Counted from the first letter of the stretch, positions 9,351 through 21,761 are shown. The stretch: 64,000 bases of DNA from an uncultured Candidatus Saccharibacteria bacterium (GCA_964477125.1 CAYZCZ010000001.1:43790-107789); one strand, 5' to 3'. The notes: generated from the sequence alone by a model not told the origin. Program-made: numbers and translations.

Positions 9351-10552
9351 TTCTTATAGTACCGTTTTAACCACTCATCTTTAATTTCAAAAAAGTTATC
9401 GTCTATAATACTTTGACGAATATCGTCTACAAGTTTTACTATGAAATGTTCGTTATGAATGGTGGCTAATGTAGAAGCTAATCTTTCACCAGATTTAAAA
9501 AGATGATGTAGGTATGCTTTAGAATAATTTGAACATGTATAGCACAAACAATTTTCAACTAATTGGCTGAAATCGTCGACAAATCTTGCGTTAGTAACAG
9601 TGAAACGCCCATCTAAAGTATATATTGAACCATTACGGCCTATTCGGGCAGGGGATACGCAATCGAAAGTATCTATACCATTTTCTATACCAATAAAAAT
9701 ATCATCAGGTTCGCTTAAACCTAGTAAGTGCTTAGGTTTATTTTCAGGTAAAATATCATTGCACCATTTAACTATAGTTGCTAATTTTTCTTTTTCCAAA
9801 GCCCCACCAATACCATAGCCATCAAAGGGAAGTGCTCCCATAAACTTGCTAGCCTTTTCCCTCAGGTTTTGATAGTTTGCTCCCTGAATTACGCCATATA
9901 ATGCCTGATAGGGCTTATCGGTTCTTGCATGCGTAAGTATTTCATGTTCAGATAGGCATCTTTCAGCCCATTTATGGGTTCGCTCTAAAGATAAACATTG
10001 GTAGCTATATGGTTGAGCAATTGATGTACATTCATCAAAGGCAAACATAATATCAGCACCTAGTTCATGTTGTATTTGCATTGAACTTTCTGGAGTAAAA
10101 CGATGCATACTCCCATCTATATGAGATTTAAAAGTAACGCCTTCATCATCTACCCGGGCAAGCCTTTCGCCTTTACGTGTAGTGGCATTTTTTTCTTCGG
10201 CATTTCCGTCCATTGTAATAACTTTCTTAAATCCAACACCAAGGCTAAGTACCTGGAAGCCTCCACTATCCGTAAAGGTAGGTCCTTGCCAATTCATAAA
10301 CTTACCAACACCACCAGCCATGTCAATTCTTTTTGAGCCAGGCTGTAGATATAGGTGGTAAGCATTGGCTAAGACTGCTTGGGCCCCAGTTTGTTTAATT
10401 TGTTCAGGTGTTAATGCTTTAACAGTAGCTTTCGTACCTACGACAATAAATGCTGGAGTTTTAATATCACCATGAGGTGTATGTATCACGCCGGCCCTAG
10501 CAAGTGATCCGCTTAATTTCTTTTCAATTGTAAAATCAAAATTATTTAACAT
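9347..10552 (-). CDS. tgt: queuine/preQ1 tRNA-ribosyltransferase (tRNA-guanine transglycosylase)
   Basis: TDSGGFQV catalytic region and a CxCxxC...H zinc site (CLCYTCSNY...HHL). Confidence 0.9.
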   Translation of the reverse strand: MLNNFDFTIEKKLSGSLARAGVIHTPHGDIKTPAFIVVGTKATVKALTPEQIKQTGAQAVLANAYHLYLQPGSKRIDMAGGVGKFMNWQGPTFTDSGGFQVLSLGVGFKKVITMDGNAEEKNATTRKGERLARVDDEGVTFKSHIDGSMHRFTPESSMQIQHELGADIMFAFDECTSIAQPYSYQCLSLERTHKWAERCLSEHEILTHARTDKPYQALYGVIQGANYQNLREKASKFMGALPFDGYGIGGALEKEKLATIVKWCNDILPENKPKHLLGLSEPDDIFIGIENGIDTFDCVSPARIGRNGSIYTLDGRFTVTNARFVDDFSQLVENCLCYTCSNYSKAYLHHLFKSGERLASTLATIHNEHFIVKLVDDIRQSIIDDNFFEIKDEWLKRYYKN

Positions 10553-10575
10553 CTGTATAAGTATAGCTGATTAGT

Positions 10576-10746
10576 TTAGTAGTTTTGGATAATTTTGTAA
10601 GCTACGAACAAACCTAAAAACGCACCTATGATACTGCCTATGATACTCATAACACTAAAACCATCTACATGGAATAAAACAACAGGTAGATATGCACCAA
10701 CTAAACCGCCAACTCCAATTGCTAGGTAGACTAGTTTTTTATCCAT
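10576..10746 (-). CDS. possible 56-aa hydrophobic mini-protein (not in the ORF track)
   Basis: ATG...TAA ORF, MDKKLVYLAIGVGGLVGAYLPVVLFHVDGFSVMSIIGSIIGAFLGLFVAYKIIQNY, with two predicted TM helices, in the gap between tgt and the GT4 gene. Confidence 0.25.
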   Translation of the reverse strand: MDKKLVYLAIGVGGLVGAYLPVVLFHVDGFSVMSIIGSIIGAFLGLFVAYKIIQNY

Positions 10747-10751
10747 ACAAA

Positions 10752-11879
10752 TTAGCTCCTATACAATTTTAATATTTGTTTTCCTACATGCTCTACATCA
10801 AACTGTTGAACAAATTCACTGGCCCATTTAGCCGCTAATAAACGACTTTCTGGGTGTTCTAAATAGTATTGTATCCTACCAGCAAATGTAATCGGATCAT
10901 TAGGATCTATAAGCAAATCGGGGTAATCTTCCAACACTGTCCTATAGCCTACATTATTACCACCCATTACAACCCTGGACCCAGACGCCATTGCCTCAAT
11001 TAAAACTATACCAAAACTTTCACCACCTGTACTAGGGAAGACGGCAATATCGGCGCCTGCTAATAATTTTGGTTTTTCTGCCTCAGAAACAAAACCTATA
11101 AAAGTAACTTTCTTAATATTATTTTTAATAGCATACATAGCTAATTCGGTTTTTAATGGTCCCGTGCCAGCAATCACTACTTTATAGGGCCCAGTGTAAG
11201 TGTTTTGTAATACCAAAAGCGCATCTAGTAGTTGCTTGCATCCTTTACGTTCCACCAATCTACCCAAGAACACAATTGTCGGTACAACGTGGTTCACTGG
11301 CTTGTGAAAATACTTTTTAGTGTCTACTACATTAGGAATAACTACAGAGTCATACCCAAAGGCTGATTTTGCAAAACTTCCTGCTGCGGTAGAAACACAG
11401 ACTATTTTATTGAATCTTTTAGCTGTTTTTTGGTTTAAGTATTTAAGCCCAGTGGAACTAGCAGAATGTAGTCTGTTAGCGGGGACAATATGGAATGTTC
11501 CTACAACCTGCACCTTAGATCCAACGGCTTCAATTACTCGACCCGCAAATAATGGGCTATAAGGCATTTGAACATGTAGCACGTCGAGGTTTAAATCTTT
11601 TAGTTTTTGTATAATTTGTTTCTTACTTGATGGCAGGGGAATGCTCAAACGGTTTTTATTAAATCTTACCTTAACGTTTTTCGCCATAGAATGTACGTTA
11701 TCAATATCTTTACGTTTAGTTTGCCCAACCAAATAATGGACATCGTGCCCTTGGCTTGATAACCATTTACCTAAACTAATAACATACTGCTGAACACCAT
11801 CTGTGGTATCTAATGTGTCATCTAACACGAATCCAATGTTTAGTTTAGTTTTATTTTTTATAGTATTTTTTGTTTCCAT
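10752..11879 (-). CDS. GT4-family glycosyltransferase
   Basis: C-terminal GT-B motif E-x7-E region (GESFGIVLIEAMASGSRVV). Confidence 0.8.
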   Translation of the reverse strand: METKNTIKNKTKLNIGFVLDDTLDTTDGVQQYVISLGKWLSSQGHDVHYLVGQTKRKDIDNVHSMAKNVKVRFNKNRLSIPLPSSKKQIIQKLKDLNLDVLHVQMPYSPLFAGRVIEAVGSKVQVVGTFHIVPANRLHSASSTGLKYLNQKTAKRFNKIVCVSTAAGSFAKSAFGYDSVVIPNVVDTKKYFHKPVNHVVPTIVFLGRLVERKGCKQLLDALLVLQNTYTGPYKVVIAGTGPLKTELAMYAIKNNIKKVTFIGFVSEAEKPKLLAGADIAVFPSTGGESFGIVLIEAMASGSRVVMGGNNVGYRTVLEDYPDLLIDPNDPITFAGRIQYYLEHPESRLLAAKWASEFVQQFDVEHVGKQILKLYRS

Positions 11880-11886
11880 AAATTAA

Positions 11887-13011
11887 TTATCTATTATTGT
11901 CTTTTAATGCTTTTTTATAGACATCCTCATACATATTAGCAATTATTTCTGATCTGTACTTTTCAACTTCTTCCTTAGCCCACTTTTTCCATATTTTACG
12001 GATATCCTGATCATATAGCATCAGTTCTAGCCGCTGAGCAAAATCAACACAAGATTTAGGGTTTACTAAACTTAGCCTTCCTTTGCCAGTCATTACGCTT
12101 GCATATCCTACATTATTACCAGCTACAACAGGAGTACTAACGGCCATTGCCTCCAACAAAACAATCCCAAAACTTTCACCATAAGGGGCAGGGGAACAGT
12201 ATAAATCGGCATCAGACATAAGCTTGACCTTTTCGTTCTCTGGGATATAACCTAAAAATTCAACGTTTTTAATTTTATGCTGGCTAACATATTTTTCCAA
12301 TGTTTTACGTTTAACACCACTGCCAGCAATTTTAAGCTGAACGTCCGTATGATACTTGCTTAAATATTGAAATGCATCTAATAAATACTCGAGCCCTTTT
12401 CGTTTTTCTAATCGGCCTAGGAATAGAATCGTTTTCATTGTTCTATCTTTTTTAGTTGGCATTACTTGAAATTTATTTAAGTCAATGCCGTTAGGAACAA
12501 TCTCCAATGGTCTATTTGTCATATTGGCCACATACTCGGATGCAGCCTCAGAAACAGCTGTAAGTTCGTGTAAATAGCTTAGAACGCTCTTTGTATACGG
12601 ACCAACAGAGCCTATTAATGATTTACTCATAAAAGTTTCTGGACTTTTTGCATGGAAAGTTGCGATATTTACCGCCGAAGAACGTGTAAGAATTTGTCTT
12701 GAAAGTAGTGGAACCCATGGTTCATGAAAATGTAATATATCAAACTTTTCATTTGCAAGTATATTCTCTATTTCATCTCCCCCGGCTTCGAAACCAATAT
12801 CTACCATAGTGGCCATAGTATTTACCTTGGCGCTGCGGCCCAATAGAATAAAATCTTTCGGAGTCTCACCGTTAAAAGCACGTGGCTTAGGGGTGATAAT
12901 CCTAACCTCATATCCTTTTTGTACTAAATTATTATGTAGCTGTACTACTACATCCTGAACGCCTCCCGCAAACTGAAACATGTTATAGGGGCAGACAATG
13001 CCAATTTTCAT
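11887..13011 (-). CDS. GT4-family glycosyltransferase, paralog of the preceding gene
   Basis: GESFGIVLLEAMAVSTPVV, with the same architecture as the neighbouring gene. Confidence 0.8.
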   Translation of the reverse strand: MKIGIVCPYNMFQFAGGVQDVVVQLHNNLVQKGYEVRIITPKPRAFNGETPKDFILLGRSAKVNTMATMVDIGFEAGGDEIENILANEKFDILHFHEPWVPLLSRQILTRSSAVNIATFHAKSPETFMSKSLIGSVGPYTKSVLSYLHELTAVSEAASEYVANMTNRPLEIVPNGIDLNKFQVMPTKKDRTMKTILFLGRLEKRKGLEYLLDAFQYLSKYHTDVQLKIAGSGVKRKTLEKYVSQHKIKNVEFLGYIPENEKVKLMSDADLYCSPAPYGESFGIVLLEAMAVSTPVVAGNNVGYASVMTGKGRLSLVNPKSCVDFAQRLELMLYDQDIRKIWKKWAKEEVEKYRSEIIANMYEDVYKKALKDNNR

Positions 13012-13059
13012 ATGCTCATTATATCAAAATAAGGTATGAAGGCATACTCGAAGGCTTTT

Positions 13060-14001
13060 CTAAGATATTTTAGACAGACGTTTTCTTAATTCTTTTGGAA
13101 TAAATGACTTAGCACTTTCGGCGTCGCCAATAACAGTTGGAGCATGGTTGCCTAAACCAGCTTTCATTACTTCAACTTTGTTAAATATCTTTTTTAAATT
13201 CTTTTTAACAGAAGCATTATTAAAATATTGGTCTACACCTACCGTGATGTGTAAAAGGCTATGGTCAACCTTAGTATTGGTTAGATCCAGGCTCATCATT
13301 TCAGCTGTGGTTAACATATGGGTCCGTACATCATTGCAATGCCACAAATATACTTCAAACTTTGTCCTTTTACGCAGTTCTTTTAAGTCTGCACCTTTCA
13401 TTTTAGGATGTATTTTTGATACTGACCAGTAACCGAATCGTATTGCTGGCCCGTTAAGAAAAACATACCTCACAATTGGCGCAGATAGTTTGGTACTACA
13501 TATTAAACTTGCGAATCTAAATGAGCTCTTCATGCGTTTGCTAAATTTAAAATCATCAGAATTTGCAAAACCAACCAAGCTTACTAGTAAAACTATTTTT
13601 TTAGAAAGCTCTGGGTACTTTTGCAACATTCTGGTTACGACTACAAACCCAAAACTCATCCCAACTATAGAAACTTTTTTATTTCGGTAATGTAGTTTTA
13701 TAAAAGTTGCTAGGTAATCGGCAAAATTATCAATACTAGGTTTTTTATGAAGTACATCAAAACTATCCATGCCTCCAAACCCTGGTAAGTCAGGCATTAA
13801 GACATTTCCATATTCAGAAATATTTTCAACAATTCCATACATACGCTCCAAACTAGAGTGATGACCGTAGATTACCAATATATGCTGTTTGGAAAACTTA
13901 GGTTTTTTAGCAGGTACTTTTAAAAGACGTCCATTTAAGCCGTTAATATTAAGTTGGCTAATAAGCCCCTCGGGTACTGTTACTATGTTTTGTTTCATCA
14001 A
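13060..14001 (-). CDS. alpha/beta-fold hydrolase
   Basis: GxSxG nucleophile elbow (VGMSFGFV), with the expected placement of the Asp/His. Confidence 0.65.
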   Translation of the reverse strand: MMKQNIVTVPEGLISQLNINGLNGRLLKVPAKKPKFSKQHILVIYGHHSSLERMYGIVENISEYGNVLMPDLPGFGGMDSFDVLHKKPSIDNFADYLATFIKLHYRNKKVSIVGMSFGFVVVTRMLQKYPELSKKIVLLVSLVGFANSDDFKFSKRMKSSFRFASLICSTKLSAPIVRYVFLNGPAIRFGYWSVSKIHPKMKGADLKELRKRTKFEVYLWHCNDVRTHMLTTAEMMSLDLTNTKVDHSLLHITVGVDQYFNNASVKKNLKKIFNKVEVMKAGLGNHAPTVIGDAESAKSFIPKELRKRLSKIS

Positions 14002-14082
14002 TAAAAAACCTTAACTAACAGTGTACCTAAAAAGGGGTTCGTTTGTCTAACTACTTATATAAAATTTTTTGATATAAATGAA

Positions 14083-14583
14083 TTAAGGGTTAACTGTAAT
14101 CGAGATGTCATTACACTTGGTTCCACATGCATTTTTTAATTGCTTGGCAACTGTCGATAGAGACTCATTTTGTTTGGTTAGTAAAATAACTTTCGTTGAG
14201 TTATCTTTACTATCATACGTTAGGCTGTAATTTTCCGCTTTTAACTTGGTAATTTCGGCGTTAGCGGTATCGGCATCTTTGTGTAGTTTTTGGATTTGAG
14301 TATACTGGTAAGCTGCAAAAGCTCCAGTTGCCAAAAATAGTACAGCAAATAATACAGTAAGTACCTTAAATTTCTTGCCCGAACCACTATTTCCATTGCC
14401 ACTAATTGGCAAATTGTTAGGGTGGCTTTCAAAGCTAGGAGCTGGTTGGTCGTTAGCTGGGCCTAAATCTGTTAAATTATCGCTTTCGTAGCTAACATTT
14501 GCTGGCTGAGTATCAGGCGCTCTTGGTGGCAACGGGCCACCTGACATTCCATCTACACTTCTATTCGGCTTAAAATCGTCCAC
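14083..14583 (-). CDS. membrane-anchored protein with a disordered N-terminus, one TM helix and a coiled-coil ectodomain
   Basis: Pro/Ser/Asn-rich N-terminus, the hydrophobic stretch VLTVLFAVLFLATGAFAAY, then KLKAEN-type heptads. Confidence 0.5.
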   Translation of the reverse strand: MDDFKPNRSVDGMSGGPLPPRAPDTQPANVSYESDNLTDLGPANDQPAPSFESHPNNLPISGNGNSGSGKKFKVLTVLFAVLFLATGAFAAYQYTQIQKLHKDADTANAEITKLKAENYSLTYDSKDNSTKVILLTKQNESLSTVAKQLKNACGTKCNDISITVNP

Positions 14584-14654
14584 TCTGTTCCCCCCATTTA
14601 AGAACTAATATTTTATATGTCTAGTATAAGCGACACTCTTTAAAAATACAACGC

Positions 14655-15740
14655 TTACGCTTCAGAAACTAAAAATACTTTTTGGCTACCATTGGTTAAT
14701 GTTGCAGATGAAGCAAGAGTGTATACTAGTTCGCCATAAAATGCTTTCGAGGCAACATCATCACTACCTTGACCTATTCTTTCTGCAATTTTCATAACAG
14801 CTGGCATATCATATGAAAATGCTTGATAATAACCTGAAGTGATTTCATCAACCTTTCTTTGATTAAACGTTATTCCTCCGACTAAATTAATTACTATAGC
14901 TCGTTCTTTGTGAGAAGAGCTTTTATTTAAAGAAGGGATTACAGCGCCTGATTGCTCAGATACATTTTTAGCAAAATTTCCATTATATTCTGAAAAGCCA
15001 ATAGCCTGAAAAGCCCGCAGATAATTATCCATAACCTCATCCATTATACTTTGGTTATACTTCACGTCTGGAGAATCAATTGCCTCAATTATATCTTGGA
15101 TAGAAAGTTCAATTTGACTCCGGTATTTTTGGCTGTTTGAAATAATATTCGGAAAATTATCTACCGCTCCACAACCTGTTCTTGATTGATCAGCATTATC
15201 ATCAATATGACCACCAAATTCAATGTTATTTTCTTTCATAAAATTTGCAGCAAGAGAAATTTGATTTCTATAATCAGGCTCAATATGTCCGCAACCTATT
15301 AATGCAGCAGTTGTATGCATTAAGCTTCCGCCAGCTACCTTATACCTTGCTTCTATGAGCTCTTCGGCTATACGCCCATCTATACAGCCACAAGCACGAA
15401 CAACTATACCACTTGGGTCTTCATCTACTATTAAAAAATTGTTTGGACCATTAACAATAAAATTATCTCCAATTTCTAAAGTATCTGGCGATTCAACTTC
15501 CGAACCCTCAGATTGATTTCGGTCAATTGCACCTTCACCAAATCCCAAGCCGGGGTGTCCCGCGAAGTATAATTCTTTAACTTTTATCGAAATTGCTAAC
15601 TCTGTCGTATCTTGCTGGCTTTCAGCATACGTATTTTGAGACATGTCTAAAAAACCTTCTTTTTCCATATTATTTTGCCTTAGATGCTTAATATTTATAG
15701 TACAAATACCAACATACCACCAAATTATAGTATTCACCAC
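14655..15740 (-). CDS. hypothetical soluble protein with conserved Cys/His clusters (possible metal site)
   Basis: Intact 361-aa ORF containing ACGCIDGR, GCGH and GGHIDD...TGCGA motifs. The start may be the internal Met (MEKEGF, about 15668). Confidence 0.5.
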   Translation of the reverse strand: MVNTIIWWYVGICTINIKHLRQNNMEKEGFLDMSQNTYAESQQDTTELAISIKVKELYFAGHPGLGFGEGAIDRNQSEGSEVESPDTLEIGDNFIVNGPNNFLIVDEDPSGIVVRACGCIDGRIAEELIEARYKVAGGSLMHTTAALIGCGHIEPDYRNQISLAANFMKENNIEFGGHIDDNADQSRTGCGAVDNFPNIISNSQKYRSQIELSIQDIIEAIDSPDVKYNQSIMDEVMDNYLRAFQAIGFSEYNGNFAKNVSEQSGAVIPSLNKSSSHKERAIVINLVGGITFNQRKVDEITSGYYQAFSYDMPAVMKIAERIGQGSDDVASKAFYGELVYTLASSATLTNGSQKVFLVSEA

Positions 15741-15799
15741 TCTATATATAGTGATTTTTCATAAGTGACTACGCTATTAAGAAGTGGTAATATTTATAC

Positions 15800-16081
15800 A
15801 TGACTAGCCCTTGGGAGAAATTATCAATCGGCAATATTAGCGAACGAGCATTAAGCGAACTTAGTTATATTGAGTTTGAAGATCCAGGTATGAAAAAAAA
15901 TATATTTGAGTTTTCTCAAAAAAATCCAAAATTGTTTCAAATTTTGACAAAACTAGCCTATGAAATGTCAGAAGCAAAGCGTTTATCTAGTTCGCAATCA
16001 GCAAGCTATGAAGATCTTGTAAAATATGCTACGAAGCTAGTCTTGCTAATTCAACTAGCAAATGAAGACCTCGATAATTAA
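15800..16081 (+). CDS. hypothetical protein (93 aa)
   Basis: Intact ORF convergent with atpC; no motif recognised. Confidence 0.35.
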   Translation: MTSPWEKLSIGNISERALSELSYIEFEDPGMKKNIFEFSQKNPKLFQILTKLAYEMSEAKRLSSSQSASYEDLVKYATKLVLLIQLANEDLDN

Positions 16082-16490
16082 TTTTTCTTACGGCGTCGGA
16101 CACGGGAAACATTAAGTCGGACGCTGTGTCTATCAATTAGATCTTGCGCTTGGCTTAAGGCATGCCTATCTTTGGCAGATTCCTTTAGTTCATGTGCAAG
16201 CTCTAGAGCCTGTTTAATTTCTTCTTCAATGAGTTCATCAACGTGCTCGGCTTCATCAACCAGTATCTTAACCTGCGAATCGCTTGAAACATTTACCACA
16301 CCACCAAATACAGAAAAGACGTCATCATTACCTTTATCATCAATTATAGTTAAAGCACCCGGTTCAATAACACCCATGAAAGGTTCATGGCCAGTTAGTA
16401 TTACCATATCTCCCTCAGTAGTTCGTAGCATAACCTCTTTTGCGGGGCTACTAAACTTTTCTCCAGATAATGTTAATACTTTTACATCCA

Positions 16491-16491
<1 letters not shown>
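16078..16491 (-). CDS. atpC: F1 ATP synthase subunit epsilon
   Basis: Last gene of the atp operon; beta-sandwich plus C-terminal helical region typical of epsilon. Confidence 0.85.
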
Positions 16492-18109
<1,618 letters not shown>

Positions 18110-18121
18110 TACTAATTCCTT

Positions 18122-19003
18122 TTACTTTATTGCCTGAGCTCCGGCACTTATTTCTGCTAATTCTTGTGTAATCGCCGCCTGGCGGGCATTATTAAATGCT
18201 AACGTTAAATCATCTATTAAGTCGCTAGCATTATCAGTAGCATTCTTCATTGCTAACATTCGTGACGCATGCTCGCTGGCAATAGACTCTAAAATAAATT
18301 GAGTAAGGCTAGCTTCTAAGTACAGTTTAGAAACATAATCTACTAAATACTCACCACTTGGCTCGTAAGTTTTCTCTAATACACTTGAATTATTACTATC
18401 CGGAGACGAAAGGGGCAAAATTTTTTCAGTGACAGTTTCTTGCTTAACAGTAGATGTGAATTTAGTATAAATTACATAAACTTCACTAACTTGGCCACTA
18501 GTAAATAAATCTATAGATTCTTTTAAAATAGGTTGGGCTAATCCACTATCGGCGTCTGCAACAGAAAGGGAGTAGGCGGCAATTTCATCTACTTCCTCTA
18601 AATTATAAGGGTCATCAACACCATTAATTTTGGTAACAAATAAGGAAGCGTAGCGACCTACACTTATAATTTTATGCCTAGTGGATCCTTCTTTTAAATG
18701 CTTCGTTAATGCTCTAATTACATTACTGTTGTAGGCACCAGCCAAACCACGGTCACTACTAATGGCAATAACTAGGGTGTGCTTGGCTTTATTCGTAGAA
18801 AATAATTTAGAACTGATAGAAGCGTTAGAGGCAGATAGCTCGCTAATTATTGATTTGGTAGCTTCTAAATAAGCCCTTGGGCCAGTGGCTGCTTCTTGGG
18901 CTTTTCTAAGCTTGCTAGCGGCAACTAATTGCATGGCTTTAGTAATCTGCCTAGTATTCGAGACAGATCCAATTCTTCCTTTAATTCCTTGCCCGGATGC
19001 CAT
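18122..19003 (-). CDS. atpG: F1 ATP synthase subunit gamma
   Basis: Conserved N-terminus (IKGRIGSVSNTRQITKAMQLVAASKLRKAQ) and C-terminus (ITQELAEI..GA.A). Confidence 0.9.
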   Translation of the reverse strand: MASGQGIKGRIGSVSNTRQITKAMQLVAASKLRKAQEAATGPRAYLEATKSIISELSASNASISSKLFSTNKAKHTLVIAISSDRGLAGAYNSNVIRALTKHLKEGSTRHKIISVGRYASLFVTKINGVDDPYNLEEVDEIAAYSLSVADADSGLAQPILKESIDLFTSGQVSEVYVIYTKFTSTVKQETVTEKILPLSSPDSNNSSVLEKTYEPSGEYLVDYVSKLYLEASLTQFILESIASEHASRMLAMKNATDNASDLIDDLTLAFNNARQAAITQELAEISAGAQAIK

Positions 19004-19009
19004 TAAGTT

Positions 19010-20557
19010 TTAAGCCTTTTTCCTTTCGCCAAAACTACTAGCTACTTTAACTGCAAGTTCGGAAATCACATTTAAATCTGATTTTTCCGGTTTTGTGCCA
19101 TCGTTAAGTGAGTTATACAGTTTCTTATGGTTTTCTTTAACGTTACTTATTAACTGATGAGCAGCCGGTTGTATATCTTTTTCATTCAATTCATCAAAAG
19201 CACCACTTGTAGCACCAATTAGAATTATCACTTGCTCGGCAACACTTAATGGCTGGTACTGTTTTTGCTTTAGAACTTCCGTTAACAAACGGCCCCTAGC
19301 AATACGTTTTTTAGTGTCTTCGTCTAAATCACTGGCGAACTGAGCAAAACTAGCAAGTTCCCTAAACTGGGCGAGTTCTAGCCTTAATGTTCCAGCAACA
19401 CTTTTAGTAGCTTTTGTTTGGGCAGCCCCACCAACACGGCTTACACTCAAACCAACAGAAATAGCTGGTCTTATGCCTTGATAGAATAAATTAGTCTCAA
19501 GAAATATCTGACCATCAGTAATTGAAATAACATTTGTTGGTATATAAGCACTAACATCGCCTGCTTGTGTTTCAATAATTGGCAATGCAGTAAGACTACC
19601 AGCACCGAGTTCGTCAGATAATTTGGCCGCTCGTTCCAATAAACGGGAATGCAAATAAAAAACATCACCAGGGTAAGCTTCACGGCCTGGTGGACGCTTT
19701 AATAGCAGTGACATTTGCCGGTAGGCAACAGCGTGCTTTGATAAATCATCATAGATAATTAATGAATGCCCCTTGGTATCACGAAAATATTCAGCCATAG
19801 CGGTACCAGAATATGGGGCTAAATATAGTAAGCTAGCAGGGTCGGCAGGGCTTGTAGCCACAACAATTGTTTGGTCCATTACTCCTTCGGTTTTTAGCCG
19901 ATCAACTAACGCAGCCACTTTTGCACGTTTTTGGCCTATAGCAACATATACGTTTACTACGCCAGTTTTTTGCTTGGCCTGGTTAATCATTGTATCTATA
20001 GCGATAGCTGTCTTACCAGTTTGGCGATCACCAATAATAAGTTCACGCTGACCACGTCCAATAGGAACCATTGTATCTATAGCAATAATACCGGTCGCCA
20101 ATGGTTCGTGGACGCTTTTACGATCCATAACACCAGGAGCATTACGTTCAATAAGGCCTTTTTTAGCAGTCTTAATTGGTCCTAATCCATCTAGCGGTCG
20201 ACCCAATGGGTCTACAACACGTCCAATAAGTTCTGAACCTACTGGAACTTCTAGCGTAGTGCCAGTAAGTGTTGCCTTGGCACCAGCACTTACGCCAATT
20301 TCACTGTCTAAAAGTACAGCACCAATTTCGTCTTCATTAAGGTTCAAGGCAAAAGCACGAGCAGGTGCAGATCCCTTAATTTCTATTTCAATTACATCAC
20401 TATAGCCACACTTTTTTAAACCATATACCCAAACAACACCATCACTAACCCTAGTGACAACGCCTGATGACTCAAAATCACCAGTTTGGCTAATGCCAGA
20501 AATGGCCGCCTCAAGCTCTTGGCTCAAATTTTTAACATTTAAATCATTCACATTCAT
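19010..20557 (-). CDS. atpA: F1 ATP synthase subunit alpha
   Basis: GDRQTGKT Walker A and the rest of the alpha-subunit core. Confidence 0.95.
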   Translation of the reverse strand: MNVNDLNVKNLSQELEAAISGISQTGDFESSGVVTRVSDGVVWVYGLKKCGYSDVIEIEIKGSAPARAFALNLNEDEIGAVLLDSEIGVSAGAKATLTGTTLEVPVGSELIGRVVDPLGRPLDGLGPIKTAKKGLIERNAPGVMDRKSVHEPLATGIIAIDTMVPIGRGQRELIIGDRQTGKTAIAIDTMINQAKQKTGVVNVYVAIGQKRAKVAALVDRLKTEGVMDQTIVVATSPADPASLLYLAPYSGTAMAEYFRDTKGHSLIIYDDLSKHAVAYRQMSLLLKRPPGREAYPGDVFYLHSRLLERAAKLSDELGAGSLTALPIIETQAGDVSAYIPTNVISITDGQIFLETNLFYQGIRPAISVGLSVSRVGGAAQTKATKSVAGTLRLELAQFRELASFAQFASDLDEDTKKRIARGRLLTEVLKQKQYQPLSVAEQVIILIGATSGAFDELNEKDIQPAAHQLISNVKENHKKLYNSLNDGTKPEKSDLNVISELAVKVASSFGERKKA

Positions 20558-20568
20558 ACCTCTTTCAA

Positions 20569-20964
20569 CTATCCAATATTTTCAACTAGCTTTGCTAAGC
20601 TTCTTTTTACCGAACTATCTAACATGCCTTCTGGTAGTTCAATTTTTATGCCACCAATTAAGCTTTCGTCGCATAAAAACACAACTTCCATTTTTTCGGC
20701 ATTCATTTTTTTCTTTAACGACTCAGTGACATTTTTCTGCTCACTACTACTTAGTGGTTTTGCTGTTGAAACTTTGGCAAAATAGTATCCAGAATCGTCA
20801 GCAAGTACCTTGGCCACATCTAAGCTCAAATATTTTAATTCTTTAGATCGACCAGCATTCTTCATCCAGGCAGCAGCTCTATCTATGGCAATTTTGCGTG
20901 CCTTAGGATTACCAGATTTAATCTGTGTAGCCAAGTATTGAGCTGTTTGTGTCCTAGATGGCAT
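20569..20964 (-). CDS. atpH: F1 ATP synthase subunit delta (OSCP), unusually short at 131 aa
   Basis: C-terminal SLIGGIKIE... block typical of delta; the N-terminal domain is truncated relative to the usual 175-180 aa. Confidence 0.75.
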   Translation of the reverse strand: MPSRTQTAQYLATQIKSGNPKARKIAIDRAAAWMKNAGRSKELKYLSLDVAKVLADDSGYYFAKVSTAKPLSSSEQKNVTESLKKKMNAEKMEVVFLCDESLIGGIKIELPEGMLDSSVKRSLAKLVENIG

Positions 20965-20967
20965 TTC

Positions 20968-21495
20968 TTACCTTAAAGCCTTTTCTATTAGTGCCTTATC
21001 TTTAGCAGTGTCCATTTTGTCACCAATAATTTCGGCGGATACTTCAGCAATTAACTTAGCATTTTCTTTCTTTAAGGCAACTTTTGCTTTATCTACTTCA
21101 ACTTTTAGCTGTTCTTTAGCTTCAAAAATAATGCGTTCCGACTTAACATTCGCTTTATCCTCAACCTGTTTTAACATTTTCGAAGCATCGTTTTGTGCAC
21201 TATGCAATAAATCTTCAGCTTGAGACCTAGCCTCTTTAAGTAAATCTTCGGCCTTAGCTTCGGCTTGATTTAGCTCATCAGACGCTTGTTTAGAGCGTTC
21301 TAGTCCAGCATCAATTTCTGCTCTACGCTCATCAATAGCTTTAAACAGTTTTTTCAAAACAAATTTATTTAAAAAGTAAACAATTATAGCAAAAGTGATT
21401 AACTGAAAAAGGAAAGCTTTCCAGTTTAAGCCAAGGGCACCGATACCACTAGCTTCTGGCTGGCTGGCTGTTTCTGAGGCAATATAATTTATCAC
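20968..21495 (-). CDS. atpF: Fo ATP synthase subunit b
   Basis: Single N-terminal TM helix followed by a long charged helix rich in A/E/K. Confidence 0.8.
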   Translation of the reverse strand: MINYIASETASQPEASGIGALGLNWKAFLFQLITFAIIVYFLNKFVLKKLFKAIDERRAEIDAGLERSKQASDELNQAEAKAEDLLKEARSQAEDLLHSAQNDASKMLKQVEDKANVKSERIIFEAKEQLKVEVDKAKVALKKENAKLIAEVSAEIIGDKMDTAKDKALIEKALR

Positions 21496-21523
21496 TATTT
21501 CTTACTAATCCTTATTAATTAAC

Positions 21524-21739
21524 TTACTTGGTTGTGAACACAATAAGTAGAACAAATACCATAATGGCGTCTACTAAGCCGGCCATAACAAGAGCCATAG
21601 TTAAGATTTTACTTTGGGCTTCTGGGTTACGACCTACAGAATTTACTGCAGCTGCTCCAATTAAACCCAAGCCTATAGCAGGCCCTACGGCGCCAATGGC
21701 AATTGTTATTCCTTTTACTAGTTCTGGTGTTATTTCCAT
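21524..21739 (-). CDS. atpE: Fo ATP synthase subunit c
   Basis: 71-aa two-helix hairpin protein with a conserved carboxylate in helix 2. Confidence 0.9.
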   Translation of the reverse strand: MEITPELVKGITIAIGAVGPAIGLGLIGAAAVNSVGRNPEAQSKILTMALVMAGLVDAIMVFVLLIVFTTK

Positions 21740-21761
21740 AATTTCTCCTTAACTTACTTGA

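Noticed and set aside
13012-13059. Possible terminator between the GT4 gene and the alpha/beta hydrolase (repeated 'gaaggc').
   Set aside because: The two copies are direct repeats, not inverted, so no hairpin forms.
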